Assembly (NCBI GenBank): GCA_963713855.1
Contig: OY970209.1
Span: 1,248,001 to 1,312,000 of the forward strand
Direction: 5' to 3'
DNA: 64,000 bases
From: an uncultured bacterium
Lineage (GTDB): Bacteria; Babelota; Babeliae; Babelales; Babelaceae
In this document: one piece after another, positions 48,916-59,650 of the stretch
How the letters are laid out: every line of letters starts with the position of its first letter
Position numbering within the stretch: the first letter of the stretch is position 1
Notes under the pieces: generated by a model
Told to the model about the DNA's origin: nothing
The model's input: the letters and a program-made list of their open reading frames with translations, nothing else
The model's database searches: none
Translations under genes and position numbers: made by a program

Positions 48916-49647
48916 TCAAGCCCGCTTAAAATATCCTAAAAATTCTTTATTTCCACTTGAGCCTTCAATAGGAGACTCGATAACACCCAAGCAGATAAAA
49001 CCCTCTTTTTCTATACCTTGCACCACCGTGTCAACAACGCGTTTATGGATCGAAGGATCTTTTATAACGCCGCCACGGCCAATATCTTCCCGGAGGGCTT
49101 CAAATTGAGGTTTTATGAGCACAATAAGCTGACCCTTAGGTTTTAAAAGGGCAGTTACCGAAGGAAGAACTTTTAAAACTGAGATAAACGAAAGGTCAAG
49201 CGTAGCCATATCTACTAACTCGTCCAGACGCTCTAAATAGCGTAAGTTGGTGCGTTCCAAAATAACAACCCGAGGGTCATTTCGTATTTTTTCATGTACT
49301 TGGCCATACCCAACGTCAACGCCATAGATCTTAACGGCACCGCGCTGCAACAGACAGTCGGCAAAGCCTCCCGTTGAAAGACCAGCATCAAGAACGATAA
49401 GACCCGTTACATCAATACCAAAAGTGTTTAAAGCATGTTCGAGTTTTATGCCTGCACGAGAGACAAAGCGCGTAGTGGGAATTGTAAGCGCAATTGCAGC
49501 CTCTGCGCTCACAGGAGTTCCGGGCTTATTAACAACCTTGCCGTCAACCGTTACTTGATTTTGCATAATATAGCTTTGTAATTGTTGACGGCTGTAGGTT
49601 GGATACAATTCTTGTAAACGAGCATCAAGCCGCTTTTTGTTTTTCAT
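48916..49647 (-). CDS. tlyA: TlyA-family rRNA 2'-O-methyltransferase (S4 plus FtsJ domains)
   Basis: RLD, FVSRAG.KL, STGGF.DCLLQRGA, DVGYGQ, DLSFIS, LIKPQFE, GNKEFL. Confidence 0.93.
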   Translation of the reverse strand: MKNKKRLDARLQELYPTYSRQQLQSYIMQNQVTVDGKVVNKPGTPVSAEAAIALTIPTTRFVSRAGIKLEHALNTFGIDVTGLIVLDAGLSTGGFADCLLQRGAVKIYGVDVGYGQVHEKIRNDPRVVILERTNLRYLERLDELVDMATLDLSFISVLKVLPSVTALLKPKGQLIVLIKPQFEALREDIGRGGVIKDPSIHKRVVDTVVQGIEKEGFICLGVIESPIEGSSGNKEFLGYFKRA

Positions 49648-51292
49648 GGCCTATTTTTGCTTTAAGAAGCTCCCGCATGGAAGGCGTTACATCGTAATAG
49701 AACATCCTTGCCAATTGCTCCTCTTCAGCAACAATTTCGTTAAACGGTAACACGATAAACATGTTCTGATGCGTTTTAAGTGTTAAGAAATCATTCTTTA
49801 AGCTCTTTTTGAGCGCTTTTCTAACATCTTCAAGATTTTTCACCTCTTCACCATTGACCTCAGTAATAATGCTACCAGGAGCAAGAGTTCTTGCACGTGC
49901 TGCTGTGGATGCTGGAAGAATGTGCGTTAGGACCATCGACCCTTCTAACTGATTTTGAAGCTCAGCATAGCGAGTAAGCTCAGGAGACATTTGAACAAGA
50001 AGCGGTAAATGATCAATAGCAAGCTCCATAAGCACCATGCCACCTATTACTTCGTAGTCAATCTTTTCATAAAGTGGAGATTTTCTACGAACTGGTGCTA
50101 AGGAGGTTCCTTCAAATTTCAACGCGGTCTTAAACTCTTTACCTTGTCGGTAAGCACGTAAGCGGACGGTGTCGCCTAAGGTTAAGCGAGACAGATAATC
50201 GAGGAAAGAGACTTTGTCCTCACTCCACGGCACACTCATTTCACCAAAACAGTCTAGGCGGTAGCCATCAATCTCGTAAAGCATATCACCAGCTTGTATA
50301 CCAGATTTTTCAAGAGGACTTTGAGCTGTAACGCGAGCTACATAAAGACCCCCCGGTTGCGGATTACCAAGAAAATCGGTCATTGATTCGGAGCCCACAT
50401 TTGCTTGAATACCGATAAATGGCTTTCTAACAAGCTTAATATCATCTGTAACGGGCATCTGATCAAGGTGCTTTAAAAAAAGATTTACATCATTGCTTGG
50501 TATGATAAATCCTACATTTTGAGCAGATGGCACACCGGCCGAGTTAACACCAATGCACTCTCCCTTTGCATTTACCAAGGGACCACCAGAGCTTCCTGGG
50601 TTTATAGGTGCGCTTATTTGAATAAAGTGTTGTCCAGAAATATGTTCACGTCCACTGACCATACCATTGGTGCTTTTGATAGATTGCTGATAGCCAAGCG
50701 GATATCCGAGAGCCATGACTTCATCAGCTCTGCGAATTTGGTCAGAGTCACCCATTTTTAGGAAAGGTATTTGACCAAGAACAAGTTTAATTTCTTCAGC
50801 ATCTTTGGGCTTTAGACAAAGCAATGCAAGGTCCCTTTCAGGATTGATGCCAAGCAAGGTCATGTTAAAGCGCCTCTTACCAAAAGAGGGAAGCTGTATG
50901 TAGATAGCTCGCGCTTGATTGATAACGTGAGCATTCGTAATTAAGTGTCCCTTATTATCAATGAAAAATCCGCTGCCAGATGTTTGGTACTGACTCGGCG
51001 ATTTATAAGGCTCAAGCCAGTTAAACTCTGCGACTTCAGAAAAAACTTGTGCAACGGTATCCCTCAATTGAGATTGGAGCTCTCCCCAATGCATACCAGT
51101 GCCAGAAGGACGGTCTGCAAACAGAATCTCGTCAGGCCTTACTTTTTCGGTTTGCTTTTTTTGAAATGACTCCAGCATGCTTTCGATATAATCAAGGCGT
51201 CTGTCACTCTGATGGGAGTACCATTGATAAACACCTAAGCCGATCCCCCCCGAAAGAAGAAGACAGATGAGTAATGACATACTACGATTCAT
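49625..51292 (-). CDS. HtrA/DegP-like serine protease with PDZ domains and N-terminal anchor
   Basis: GSGF, ITNAHV, DLAL, INPGSSGGPL; PDZ-like C-terminal half. Confidence 0.9.
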   Translation of the reverse strand: MNRSMSLLICLLLSGGIGLGVYQWYSHQSDRRLDYIESMLESFQKKQTEKVRPDEILFADRPSGTGMHWGELQSQLRDTVAQVFSEVAEFNWLEPYKSPSQYQTSGSGFFIDNKGHLITNAHVINQARAIYIQLPSFGKRRFNMTLLGINPERDLALLCLKPKDAEEIKLVLGQIPFLKMGDSDQIRRADEVMALGYPLGYQQSIKSTNGMVSGREHISGQHFIQISAPINPGSSGGPLVNAKGECIGVNSAGVPSAQNVGFIIPSNDVNLFLKHLDQMPVTDDIKLVRKPFIGIQANVGSESMTDFLGNPQPGGLYVARVTAQSPLEKSGIQAGDMLYEIDGYRLDCFGEMSVPWSEDKVSFLDYLSRLTLGDTVRLRAYRQGKEFKTALKFEGTSLAPVRRKSPLYEKIDYEVIGGMVLMELAIDHLPLLVQMSPELTRYAELQNQLEGSMVLTHILPASTAARARTLAPGSIITEVNGEEVKNLEDVRKALKKSLKNDFLTLKTHQNMFIVLPFNEIVAEEEQLARMFYYDVTPSMRELLKAKIGHEKQKAA

Positions 51293-51330
51293 AACTAAAA
51301 TCCTTATGTATTAACTACGTTATTGTGTAC

Positions 51331-53256
51331 TCATGCTTCGAACCTGCCCCCTAAGTGCTTTGCTAAGAAAGCCTCAGCTGCAGCATGAAATTGTATGTCA
51401 TTTTCAGGTTTTGCAAATCCATGACCTTCATCTTCAATAAGAAGATATTCATAGGGTATATTTTTAGCCTTAAGCGCCGCCACAAACTGCTCCGATTCTG
51501 CTTGCTTTACACGTGGATCGCGAGCTCCTTGTGCAATAAAAAGCGGTACTTTAAGCTTATCCGCTGCAAAAAGCGGCGAGCGAGATTTTAAAAATTCTGT
51601 CTCTGATATATCCCCTACCCTTCTGTATAAGTCTGCCTTAAATATTGACCAGTATGGAGGCATACTTTCTAAAAGCGTTATCAAATTGCTTGGGCCACAA
51701 AGGCTAATTGCACACGCAAATAAGTCTGGAGTAAAAGTAACTCCGGCAAGCGCTGCATACCCGCCATATGATCCTCCAAATATAGCAACTCTTTTAGGAT
51801 CTGCAATCCCATTTTGAATTGCCCATTCGACAGCATCGACAAGGTCGTTTTGCATATTACGGCCCCATTCGCGATCTCCAGCTCTTTCAAAAGCTTTACC
51901 ATAACCAGTAGACCCGCGGAAATTTACTTGAAGAACAGCATATCCTCGATTTGAAAGCCATTGCACAGTAGGTTCGTATCCCCATTCATCACGCACTTGA
52001 GGCCCACCATGCACGTAAATAACAAGAGGAAGATTTTTGTTTTCAACGCCAACTGGCAGCGTCAGGTAACCATGAATCGTTAATCCATCACGGCTTTTAA
52101 AAGTTATCGATTTCATCGGTGCTAACGCATATGTTTCAAGATCGGGCCTTGCTTTAAAAAGAAGGGTTCCTTTTTTTGTACACACATCGTACATGTAATA
52201 TACTTTCCCCTTGCAATCGCTATCAAAGGCAAGCGTGTACTTCGTTTGATCGTCATTATTTGAAATGAGAGCCAGATCACCGTCGCTTAAAGTAAGCATC
52301 GACCTAAGATGCGTGCCAAATTGTTCATCGATGATCTTAAATACCTTCTTCTCTCTATAGAAGGTCACTGCAAGGAGCTTATTGGTATAAAGGTCTTGAA
52401 GAATTCCTCCAAGATCATACTCAGGGTCATTTGCAATAACCTCTGACGCTTTCGTCGATGGATTGAAGAGTATTAATGAACTGGTATTGCTGTGAGTTGT
52501 ATCTTTTAGGTAAAGAGAAACATTATCATCAGCAAGTCCAAATATATAACTTTCAAAAGCATTTTCTGGGTTCCAAGAAAAAACGGGAAGCCATGCGTTA
52601 TTCGACCAGTAAAGAACATCTGAACTGCCGTCTTTGTTTTTTGTTTTTATAGCACGTGGCTGTAACTGCTTATCAAAAACTACTCCCGCATAGTTACCAG
52701 GATTTTTGAGGATGAGCACCAGATTGCCATCATTGAGATTAAGCTTATAATAGTCAAACAACTCCTTATTATCTTTATTCATAGCAAGGACGATGCTGTC
52801 TTTACATTTTAAGGACGTTTCAATGCCCGGTACGCTAATTCCTTCAAAAGGGGTATAATCACGCACTTTCATCGTTTCTAAGTCAACACCATACAAATGA
52901 TAATTTTCGTCACCTTGGTTATCTTGCAAATACAAAAGTTGCTTGCTATCTGGTGCCCAGTAGTGAGTATCTATAGGCTGCTTGGTACTTCGAGTTACAA
53001 CACGATCGCTGTTACTACCATCAATAGGTTTTACCCATAGATTCATTACTCCATTGAACGGAGCACTATAAGAAAGCTTGGTGCCATCCGGAGAAATGAG
53101 GGGCGCGAATCGGGCAGCATTTCCAAAAAGAATCTTTCGTGGAATAAGCGCCGGCGCACCACCAGCATTCACAAACAGCTTTCTGGGCACCAATAAGCTT
53201 GCCAGAGCGAAAACGCATGCAAGGATAGAAAATACATAAAGTGTTACTCTTTGCAT
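51331..53256 (-). CDS. S9-family peptidase (dipeptidyl/acylaminoacyl peptidase), copy 1
   Basis: VHGGP, NFRGSTGYG, GGSYGGY, QGARDPRV, DEGHGF. Confidence 0.92.
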   Translation of the reverse strand: MQRVTLYVFSILACVFALASLLVPRKLFVNAGGAPALIPRKILFGNAARFAPLISPDGTKLSYSAPFNGVMNLWVKPIDGSNSDRVVTRSTKQPIDTHYWAPDSKQLLYLQDNQGDENYHLYGVDLETMKVRDYTPFEGISVPGIETSLKCKDSIVLAMNKDNKELFDYYKLNLNDGNLVLILKNPGNYAGVVFDKQLQPRAIKTKNKDGSSDVLYWSNNAWLPVFSWNPENAFESYIFGLADDNVSLYLKDTTHSNTSSLILFNPSTKASEVIANDPEYDLGGILQDLYTNKLLAVTFYREKKVFKIIDEQFGTHLRSMLTLSDGDLALISNNDDQTKYTLAFDSDCKGKVYYMYDVCTKKGTLLFKARPDLETYALAPMKSITFKSRDGLTIHGYLTLPVGVENKNLPLVIYVHGGPQVRDEWGYEPTVQWLSNRGYAVLQVNFRGSTGYGKAFERAGDREWGRNMQNDLVDAVEWAIQNGIADPKRVAIFGGSYGGYAALAGVTFTPDLFACAISLCGPSNLITLLESMPPYWSIFKADLYRRVGDISETEFLKSRSPLFAADKLKVPLFIAQGARDPRVKQAESEQFVAALKAKNIPYEYLLIEDEGHGFAKPENDIQFHAAAEAFLAKHLGGRFEA

Positions 53257-53317
53257 CCTTAAAAATCCCTATCTTATAAGAAATCCTGTCGTGTCTACTT
53301 TAACAAGAACCAGGAAT

Positions 53318-55243
53318 TCAGTTTTCATGCCTTCCACCAAGATGCTTTGCTAAGAAGGCTTCAGCCTGGGCATAAAAGCACATTTTATTATGCGGCTTCA
53401 CAAAGCCATGTCCCTCATCTTCGACAAGAAGATATTCGCAAGGTATATTTTTCTCTTTAAGCGCGGCGACAAATTGCTCTGACTCTGCTTGTTTAATACG
53501 GGGATCACGACCGCCCTGTGCAATAAAGAGAGGTACTTTAAGCTTATCAGCCGCAAAAAGAGGAGAGCGCGACTTTAAAAATTCTGTCTCCGAAATATCC
53601 CCGATCCTTCTATACAGGTCCGATTTATAGATATTCCAATAAGGAGGTATCGTCTCCAAGAATGTTTGCAAGTTACTTGGTCCACATAAGCTGACACCGC
53701 AAGCAAATAAGTCAGGAGTAAAGGTAACGCCTGCAAGTGCCGCGTAGCCACCATATGAGCCGCCAAATATCGAAACTTTCTTAGGATCTGCAATACCCTC
53801 TTTTACCGCCCACTCAACGGCATCGACAAGGTCATTCTGCATATTGCGGCCCCACTCGCGATCACCGGCTCTTTCAAACATTTTACCGTAACCTCTTGAG
53901 CCGCGGTAGTTTACTTGAAGAACTGCGTATCCACGATTAGAAAGCCATTGTACCCGATCAGAAAAACCCCAATTATCCCGAAGATGCGGACCACCATGAA
54001 CAAAAAGCACGAGTGGAAGACTTTTACCTTCAATTCCGACGGGAAGCGTTAAATAGCCATGAATTTTTAGTCCGTCTCGGCTTTTGAAAGATATCGGCTG
54101 CATTGGCGCAAATGTATATGCATCACGATCCGGGTGAGCTTTAAAAAGGAAGGTTCCCTTTTTAGTACGAGCATCATAAGAATAATAGAGCGTGCTATGC
54201 GTGTCGCTTGAAAAAGCGATAATGTAGACCGTTTCATCATCGTTCGTTGAGACGATGTTCATATTACCAGGATTAAGTGCAAGCATTGCAGTTAGATGTT
54301 TTTCAAACTCAGCATCAAGTGCTTGATATATCTTTCTTTCTTTGTAGAAGCTTACCGCAAGTAACTTATTAGTATTAGCATCTTGCCACATGCCTCCAAA
54401 ATCATATTCAGGATCTTGAGCTATAATTTTAGACGTCTTTGTTAAAGGATTAAAAAGAACCAATGTACTGGTGTTGCTATCGGTTGTGCTTTCAAGATAA
54501 AGAGAAACATCGTCCTCGGCCAAGCTTGCAAGTCCGCTTTGAACAGCATTTTCAGGGTCCCAAGTAAAAACTTTAACCCATGCTCCATCTTGCCAATAAA
54601 GGACATCAAGACTTCCGTCCTCATTTTTTGAATTAATTGCTCGAGGCTGAAAGCGCTTATCAAAAACGACACCTGAGTAAGTACCAGGATTTTTAAGTAT
54701 AAGCTCAGTCGTACCATCTACAAGATTGAGCTTGTAGTAGTCAAATAGGGCCTTATTTTCCTTATTCATAGCTATGAGTACGGTATCTTTTATATTTCTA
54801 GACATCTCAACAACTGATGCACGAGTATTTTCAAAAGGCGTATAATCGCGAACTTTCTTCGTTTCAAGATCAACACCGTAGACGTGACTATTTTCATCAC
54901 CATTGCCGTCTTGTAAGTATAAAAGCTGGTTTCCGTCTGGTGACCAGAAGTAAGACATTATTGGCTGATCAGTGCTTTTTGTAATGACCTCTCCTTGATC
55001 CCCGTCAATCGACTTGACCCAGAGATTCATAACTCCGTTAAAAGGGGCGCTGTAAGCAATTTTTGTCCCATTGGGCGAAATACGCGGCGCTATCCTTTCT
55101 GGATTTCCAAAAAGCACCGAGCGCGGAATTAAACGAGGCATCGTAGCCTCTTTTGTCAGGGGTTGTTTAAACATAAAAAAACTCGCTCCTATAACAGTGC
55201 AAGCTATAATTGGATATAAAGAAATTTTCATGGTCTTATACAT
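53318..55243 (-). CDS. S9-family peptidase, copy 2
   Basis: Same motifs; colinear tandem paralog. Confidence 0.92.
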   Translation of the reverse strand: MYKTMKISLYPIIACTVIGASFFMFKQPLTKEATMPRLIPRSVLFGNPERIAPRISPNGTKIAYSAPFNGVMNLWVKSIDGDQGEVITKSTDQPIMSYFWSPDGNQLLYLQDGNGDENSHVYGVDLETKKVRDYTPFENTRASVVEMSRNIKDTVLIAMNKENKALFDYYKLNLVDGTTELILKNPGTYSGVVFDKRFQPRAINSKNEDGSLDVLYWQDGAWVKVFTWDPENAVQSGLASLAEDDVSLYLESTTDSNTSTLVLFNPLTKTSKIIAQDPEYDFGGMWQDANTNKLLAVSFYKERKIYQALDAEFEKHLTAMLALNPGNMNIVSTNDDETVYIIAFSSDTHSTLYYSYDARTKKGTFLFKAHPDRDAYTFAPMQPISFKSRDGLKIHGYLTLPVGIEGKSLPLVLFVHGGPHLRDNWGFSDRVQWLSNRGYAVLQVNYRGSRGYGKMFERAGDREWGRNMQNDLVDAVEWAVKEGIADPKKVSIFGGSYGGYAALAGVTFTPDLFACGVSLCGPSNLQTFLETIPPYWNIYKSDLYRRIGDISETEFLKSRSPLFAADKLKVPLFIAQGGRDPRIKQAESEQFVAALKEKNIPCEYLLVEDEGHGFVKPHNKMCFYAQAEAFLAKHLGGRHEN

Positions 55244-55408
55244 TCGCTTCCTTACTCAGTACAGATTCAAAATCATAATCATACATTTATTATTTTAAAT
55301 TGAAATAAAATTTTGTCTAGCCGACATTAAACTTGTAACAGATAATAAGAAATTTCTCAAGTGCGGGAATTTAGTGACGGGAGGAGGGGGGAATAGGTAC
55401 TTCCAAAC

Positions 55409-55436
55409 AAAAAAGGCCCTTGAGAGGGCCTTTTTT
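55409..55436. terminator. Intrinsic terminator (bidirectional type)
   Basis: aaaaaaggccct-tgag-agggcctttttt downstream of 55464-55751. Confidence 0.85.
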
Positions 55437-55463
55437 ATACGCTTTAAACCTGTTGTGGGGCGG

Positions 55464-55751
55464 TTATTTTACCATTCCCGCAGGTGTGGTTACAGGACGT
55501 GGGGTAGCTGGCGCTTTAGGCGCTGCAGGTTCAACAGCCATCCTATGCGCTGCGTCAGCTACTGTTGCTGCTGCTACAGGTAACGCTTTTTCAACCGTTG
55601 GCATACGATTGCGCATGAAGTAGTATGCAATTGCGCCAAGTACAAGAAGACCTATCAAAGCTGGAAAGAGCCAAGACATATCGTCTTTATGCTTCGTATC
55701 GTAATCGCGCTTATCGCGTACATCATCTCTCATATCTCTATTATTTGTCAT
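55464..55751 (-). CDS. Small single-TM protein with Ala/Pro-rich tail
   Basis: AAGGAG RBS; WLFPALIGLLVLGAIAYYF TM; own terminator. Confidence 0.75.
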   Translation of the reverse strand: MTNNRDMRDDVRDKRDYDTKHKDDMSWLFPALIGLLVLGAIAYYFMRNRMPTVEKALPVAAATVADAAHRMAVEPAAPKAPATPRPVTTPAGMVK

Positions 55752-55865
55752 GATATCTCCTTTAATTAAAGGCTAATGCTCCTTTATGAACTCAATGTTC
55801 ATACGATACTAGACTAACCAATTTTTCGAGCAATAATCAAGCATTTTATCATATCAAGCTTTCGT

Positions 55866-58220
55866 TTAAAGGCAATTATTTAAACATACGCTCGCGCTTT
55901 CAAGCGTAAGAAGCGGCGCATCAATCGTACAAAAAAAGTGCTTACTTGCGAGATCTTGAATATAAGCCTGACACTTACGCTCATCTAAAACGATATCGAA
56001 AAGCTTACAGAAAGCTTGAGGAAATGGTTCAATTAAATTCCACGATGCTTTATAGCGGTAAGAACCCAAACTAAAGCTTACCTCATTGATACTTTGCTCT
56101 TCCTGAACATCAAGAATCTCTTTCAATCCTGAAGGTTTTTTATTAACAAAAACAACATCTCTAAAAGTCTGTAAAGAAGCATAGGGCACTTCCTTCAGAA
56201 AAATATCTTGCACACAGGTAAGCTCTTTTATAAAAAATATTTTTGTTACGTTTATGGCGGGACAACAAAAAAAGCTAGCTGCTATCTCACTAAAAGGGTA
56301 ACCAGCTGCTCGGATGGCTGCGAATCTATGGGAAGCAGAGCCGGGAATCATGGAAACAAAAGCAGGAAATAATGGGATATTAACAACATCAATATCAAGC
56401 ACTGGATAGTCGGAGCAGTATAAAAAAAGCACATCTGCTGCAGGTATGATCACCTCCGCTTTTGGGTTTTTTGTAGTGCTGCCTTGAAGCACAAAAAACT
56501 TATTTGAAAGATCAATAACTCTAAAATGAGCCTCATGCGGCAACCTCATCGAAGGAATATTTTTAATCTCGTTACGCTCTAGGGATAGTGCATCGACTCT
56601 TAGAACATCACCCACCACGAACCGTATCAACTGCTTACAAAGTGCGGATATTTTCTGCCAAATGCCCAAAATAAACGTCCGCCAGGAAGGTGCATTAAAA
56701 TCTTGAACTTTGTGTACAGGGCTTACTGAACTTAGCATAGAATGCAGCGCCGGGGCAGAAAGTGGGCAAGCGTGAGCGTGAGCAAAAAAACTCGAAAACT
56801 GATACGGGCTATCAATGGTAAGCGCAGCGTTTTTCCAATCCACAAGCCGCTCAAATGGTATAGGCCAAAAGACGGATTCAAATTGGTTATGATAATAAGA
56901 AAGGTGTAATGAGGGAGATTTACTCGTTGAAGGCGCTTCGGCTAAAGCATCTGAAAGCACGGCGTAGTTTAACTCATAAGAAAGACCAGTCAAGGGATTC
57001 GTATAGGTAGTTATAAAGGGCTCACCCCCTGCAGAACAGGTCGAATAGAAGAAAAATCGCGTTTTGATGCTGTCATTGAGGAAGAGTAAAAAAGCCTGAA
57101 ACTGATCTACAGGAAGCCCTACTATAGTATTAAGTGCGCGCAACGCGGCCTTACGCTTGCGACCTTTAAAAACATTCTCTTCCTGCTCTTTGAGAGTCTT
57201 ACACTCAATATCCAATTTGAAGGAACGCTTACATTCTTCTTGAAGCTTTTTCAGTAGACGCTCTTCATGACAAAGCAGTTTTTCTTGTTCATGTAACTGT
57301 TCATAGGCATTATGAGAAAAATTGCCATGACCAAGCATATAGATAACCCAATTTACAGGTGGTCGGCCTTCAAGCTCTTTATTCTTTACAAAAAGTTCTT
57401 GCATCATCGGAACAAAGGCATCGTAATAATTTGAACAATGAGCTTCTTGTACATCCATTTGACTTGGAAAAACATCAGGGTAATGGTCAATTTTCAAACC
57501 GCAAAGCCATTCACGATCAGTCAAACCCCCGTTTTCCACATTTGCAGTCAATACTTTTCTAAGCGCTAAATAGCTGTGCGGTACAAAAAGATAAAAAACA
57601 GCTTGAGGATGTTCGGGGTGTATAAGCCTTTTTACAAGATACCGATCCATAGGCACGTATGCGCACATAAGATATGAAAGTACCTCTTTCCATAAAGGAG
57701 CATCAAGGTTTTGCAGGGACGGTGGAGCAGCACTTTGATCAAAGAGCGGATCTTCGCGCAACAGGCGTTCTAGCTTAGATAATGAGTAGGGATACGATTC
57801 ATAGATGTGCTTGGAAAAATGGTTATAAAGGCTACGCACATACGAAACTGCTTCTTTAAAATCTCTAACGGACCCGGAAGCAGCAAAGCGTTTATACGCC
57901 TTATATTCTTTTAAAAGTACGTCCAATGAGGCTGAATCAAAATCTTCAAAAAGCTTTTTGTGGTAAAGCAGCGTGTGCCACAAGGGAGCGGGAACCAGAA
58001 TGGGTGCTGCTTCTTGATAAAAAGCAGTTACCAATAAGCTCAGCGTGGCGCCAAAGTTGCAGGTATCAAGGGCAAGTTTATTATCAATGTTTTCAAAACA
58101 ACCGTATTCGTAAGCAATAAGCATATTGCCTAAAAGCTTTTTACAAGATGCTGGTAAAGCGGTATATACGATAAACGTGCATACAAAAATGCGCAACGCA
58201 TCAAAAAATATTCTTGCCAT
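55866..58220 (-). CDS. Large exported hypothetical protein, possible clan CD (His-Gly...Cys) cysteine protease
   Basis: WVIYMLGHG and FFFYSTCSAGG motifs, each following a hydrophobic strand. Confidence 0.55.
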   Translation of the reverse strand: MARIFFDALRIFVCTFIVYTALPASCKKLLGNMLIAYEYGCFENIDNKLALDTCNFGATLSLLVTAFYQEAAPILVPAPLWHTLLYHKKLFEDFDSASLDVLLKEYKAYKRFAASGSVRDFKEAVSYVRSLYNHFSKHIYESYPYSLSKLERLLREDPLFDQSAAPPSLQNLDAPLWKEVLSYLMCAYVPMDRYLVKRLIHPEHPQAVFYLFVPHSYLALRKVLTANVENGGLTDREWLCGLKIDHYPDVFPSQMDVQEAHCSNYYDAFVPMMQELFVKNKELEGRPPVNWVIYMLGHGNFSHNAYEQLHEQEKLLCHEERLLKKLQEECKRSFKLDIECKTLKEQEENVFKGRKRKAALRALNTIVGLPVDQFQAFLLFLNDSIKTRFFFYSTCSAGGEPFITTYTNPLTGLSYELNYAVLSDALAEAPSTSKSPSLHLSYYHNQFESVFWPIPFERLVDWKNAALTIDSPYQFSSFFAHAHACPLSAPALHSMLSSVSPVHKVQDFNAPSWRTFILGIWQKISALCKQLIRFVVGDVLRVDALSLERNEIKNIPSMRLPHEAHFRVIDLSNKFFVLQGSTTKNPKAEVIIPAADVLFLYCSDYPVLDIDVVNIPLFPAFVSMIPGSASHRFAAIRAAGYPFSEIAASFFCCPAINVTKIFFIKELTCVQDIFLKEVPYASLQTFRDVVFVNKKPSGLKEILDVQEEQSINEVSFSLGSYRYKASWNLIEPFPQAFCKLFDIVLDERKCQAYIQDLASKHFFCTIDAPLLTLESASVCLNNCL

Positions 58221-58323
58221 GAGTTCGAGTATACTTGAAAGAAATTGCTTTAAAAAGAGGCAGTATTTGCGAAAAAAAAGAAGGCGGCTATACTGAATGT
58301 AAAGAGAAAACTTTCATGTTAGG

Positions 58324-59637
58324 ATGCCCATTATGTCAACCCCTTCAGTCTCATTAGAAACGCTTGTTTCACTTTGTAAACGCAGGGGATTTGTTTTTCC
58401 TTCAAGCGAAATCTATGGGGGATTGAATGGGGTGTATGATATGGGGCCTTTGGGAGCCCTTCTAAGAAATAACATAAAAAAAGCCTGGAGCCAAAGCCTT
58501 AAAGATCTTGATCTTGAAATTTTTTTTATGGATGGGGCACTGCTTGGACCATCTGCACTTTGGGAAGCTTCAGGACACGTTGCAAGTTTTCAGGATCCCC
58601 TGGTCGATTGCCTTACTTGTAAACACCGCTATCGCGCAGATGACATTGATCTTACAAAAGGGTGCCCGCATTGCGGTGCTCATACCTGGACAGATGTTCG
58701 TCAATTTAACATGATGTTTAAAACACAACTCGGAGCTTCAACTCAAGAAGCATCGATCGCTTATTTAAGGCCTGAGACCGCGCAGACTGTTTTTGCAAAT
58801 TTTAAAAATGTCATGACAACCATGAGAGCTAAAATGCCTTTTGGTATTGCTCAAATAGGAAAGGCATTTAGAAACGAGATCACACCTAAGCAGTTTCTTT
58901 TTCGCATGCGTGAATTCGAGCAAATGGAGATTGAATGGTTTTGTACTCAAAAGGATGCTCTTTCCTTCTTTGATTTCTGGCTAAATCAGCGCTTCACCTT
59001 CTTTCAGGCAATTGGCTTAAAGCCCGAACACCTTAGGAAGCGTGCCCATGAAAAAGAAGAGCTTGCACATTACTCGCAAGCTACCAGCGATATTGAGTTT
59101 ATGTTTCCTTTTGGATGGAAAGAACTCGAAGGTGTTGCGTACCGAGGAAATTTTGACCTTAGTCAGCACAGTAAGCACTCAGGGAAAGATTTAAGCGTGC
59201 ACGAAGAAGAGACTGGCCAATCGTATATTCCTCAGGTCGTTGAGTGTTCCGTGGGAGTAGATAGGCTCATGCTCGCACTATTGAGTGACGCGTACTACGA
59301 AGATGTTGTCGACGGGGAACAGCGCGTTGTGCTGCGCCTTCATCCTACAATAGCTCCTATTAAAGCTGCCTTCTTTCCACTAAGCAAAACTCAAGCGGGA
59401 GCTGCAGAAGAGCTTTACAAAGAATTTAAACGCAAGGGGTACAGCGTCACCTATGATGTATCTGGGTCTATTGGCCGCCGTTATCGGCGCCAGGATGAGA
59501 TTGGTACACCGTATTGCTTTACGTACGATTTTGACAGCGATGCCGATAAGACTTTGACCGTTCGTTATAGAGATTCTATGAAACAAGAACGTATCAGTAT
59601 TGATCGCATTGAAGAATTTCTTAAAAATGTTACCTAA
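58324..59637 (+). CDS. glyS: Glycyl-tRNA synthetase, single-chain homodimeric (GlyRS1) type
   Basis: LCKRRGF..SSEIYGG, YLRPETAQ, GKAFRNEITP, REFEQMEIE, SIGRRYRRQDEIGTP. Confidence 0.95.
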   Translation: MPIMSTPSVSLETLVSLCKRRGFVFPSSEIYGGLNGVYDMGPLGALLRNNIKKAWSQSLKDLDLEIFFMDGALLGPSALWEASGHVASFQDPLVDCLTCKHRYRADDIDLTKGCPHCGAHTWTDVRQFNMMFKTQLGASTQEASIAYLRPETAQTVFANFKNVMTTMRAKMPFGIAQIGKAFRNEITPKQFLFRMREFEQMEIEWFCTQKDALSFFDFWLNQRFTFFQAIGLKPEHLRKRAHEKEELAHYSQATSDIEFMFPFGWKELEGVAYRGNFDLSQHSKHSGKDLSVHEEETGQSYIPQVVECSVGVDRLMLALLSDAYYEDVVDGEQRVVLRLHPTIAPIKAAFFPLSKTQAGAAEELYKEFKRKGYSVTYDVSGSIGRRYRRQDEIGTPYCFTYDFDSDADKTLTVRYRDSMKQERISIDRIEEFLKNVT

Positions 59638-59650
59638 AAAGCCCTGACGT

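Noticed and set aside
47869..50640. Diversity-generating retroelement TR/VR pair
   Set aside because: Mismatches between the htrA copies are not adenine-specific, several are synonymous, and no reverse transcriptase is present in the window.
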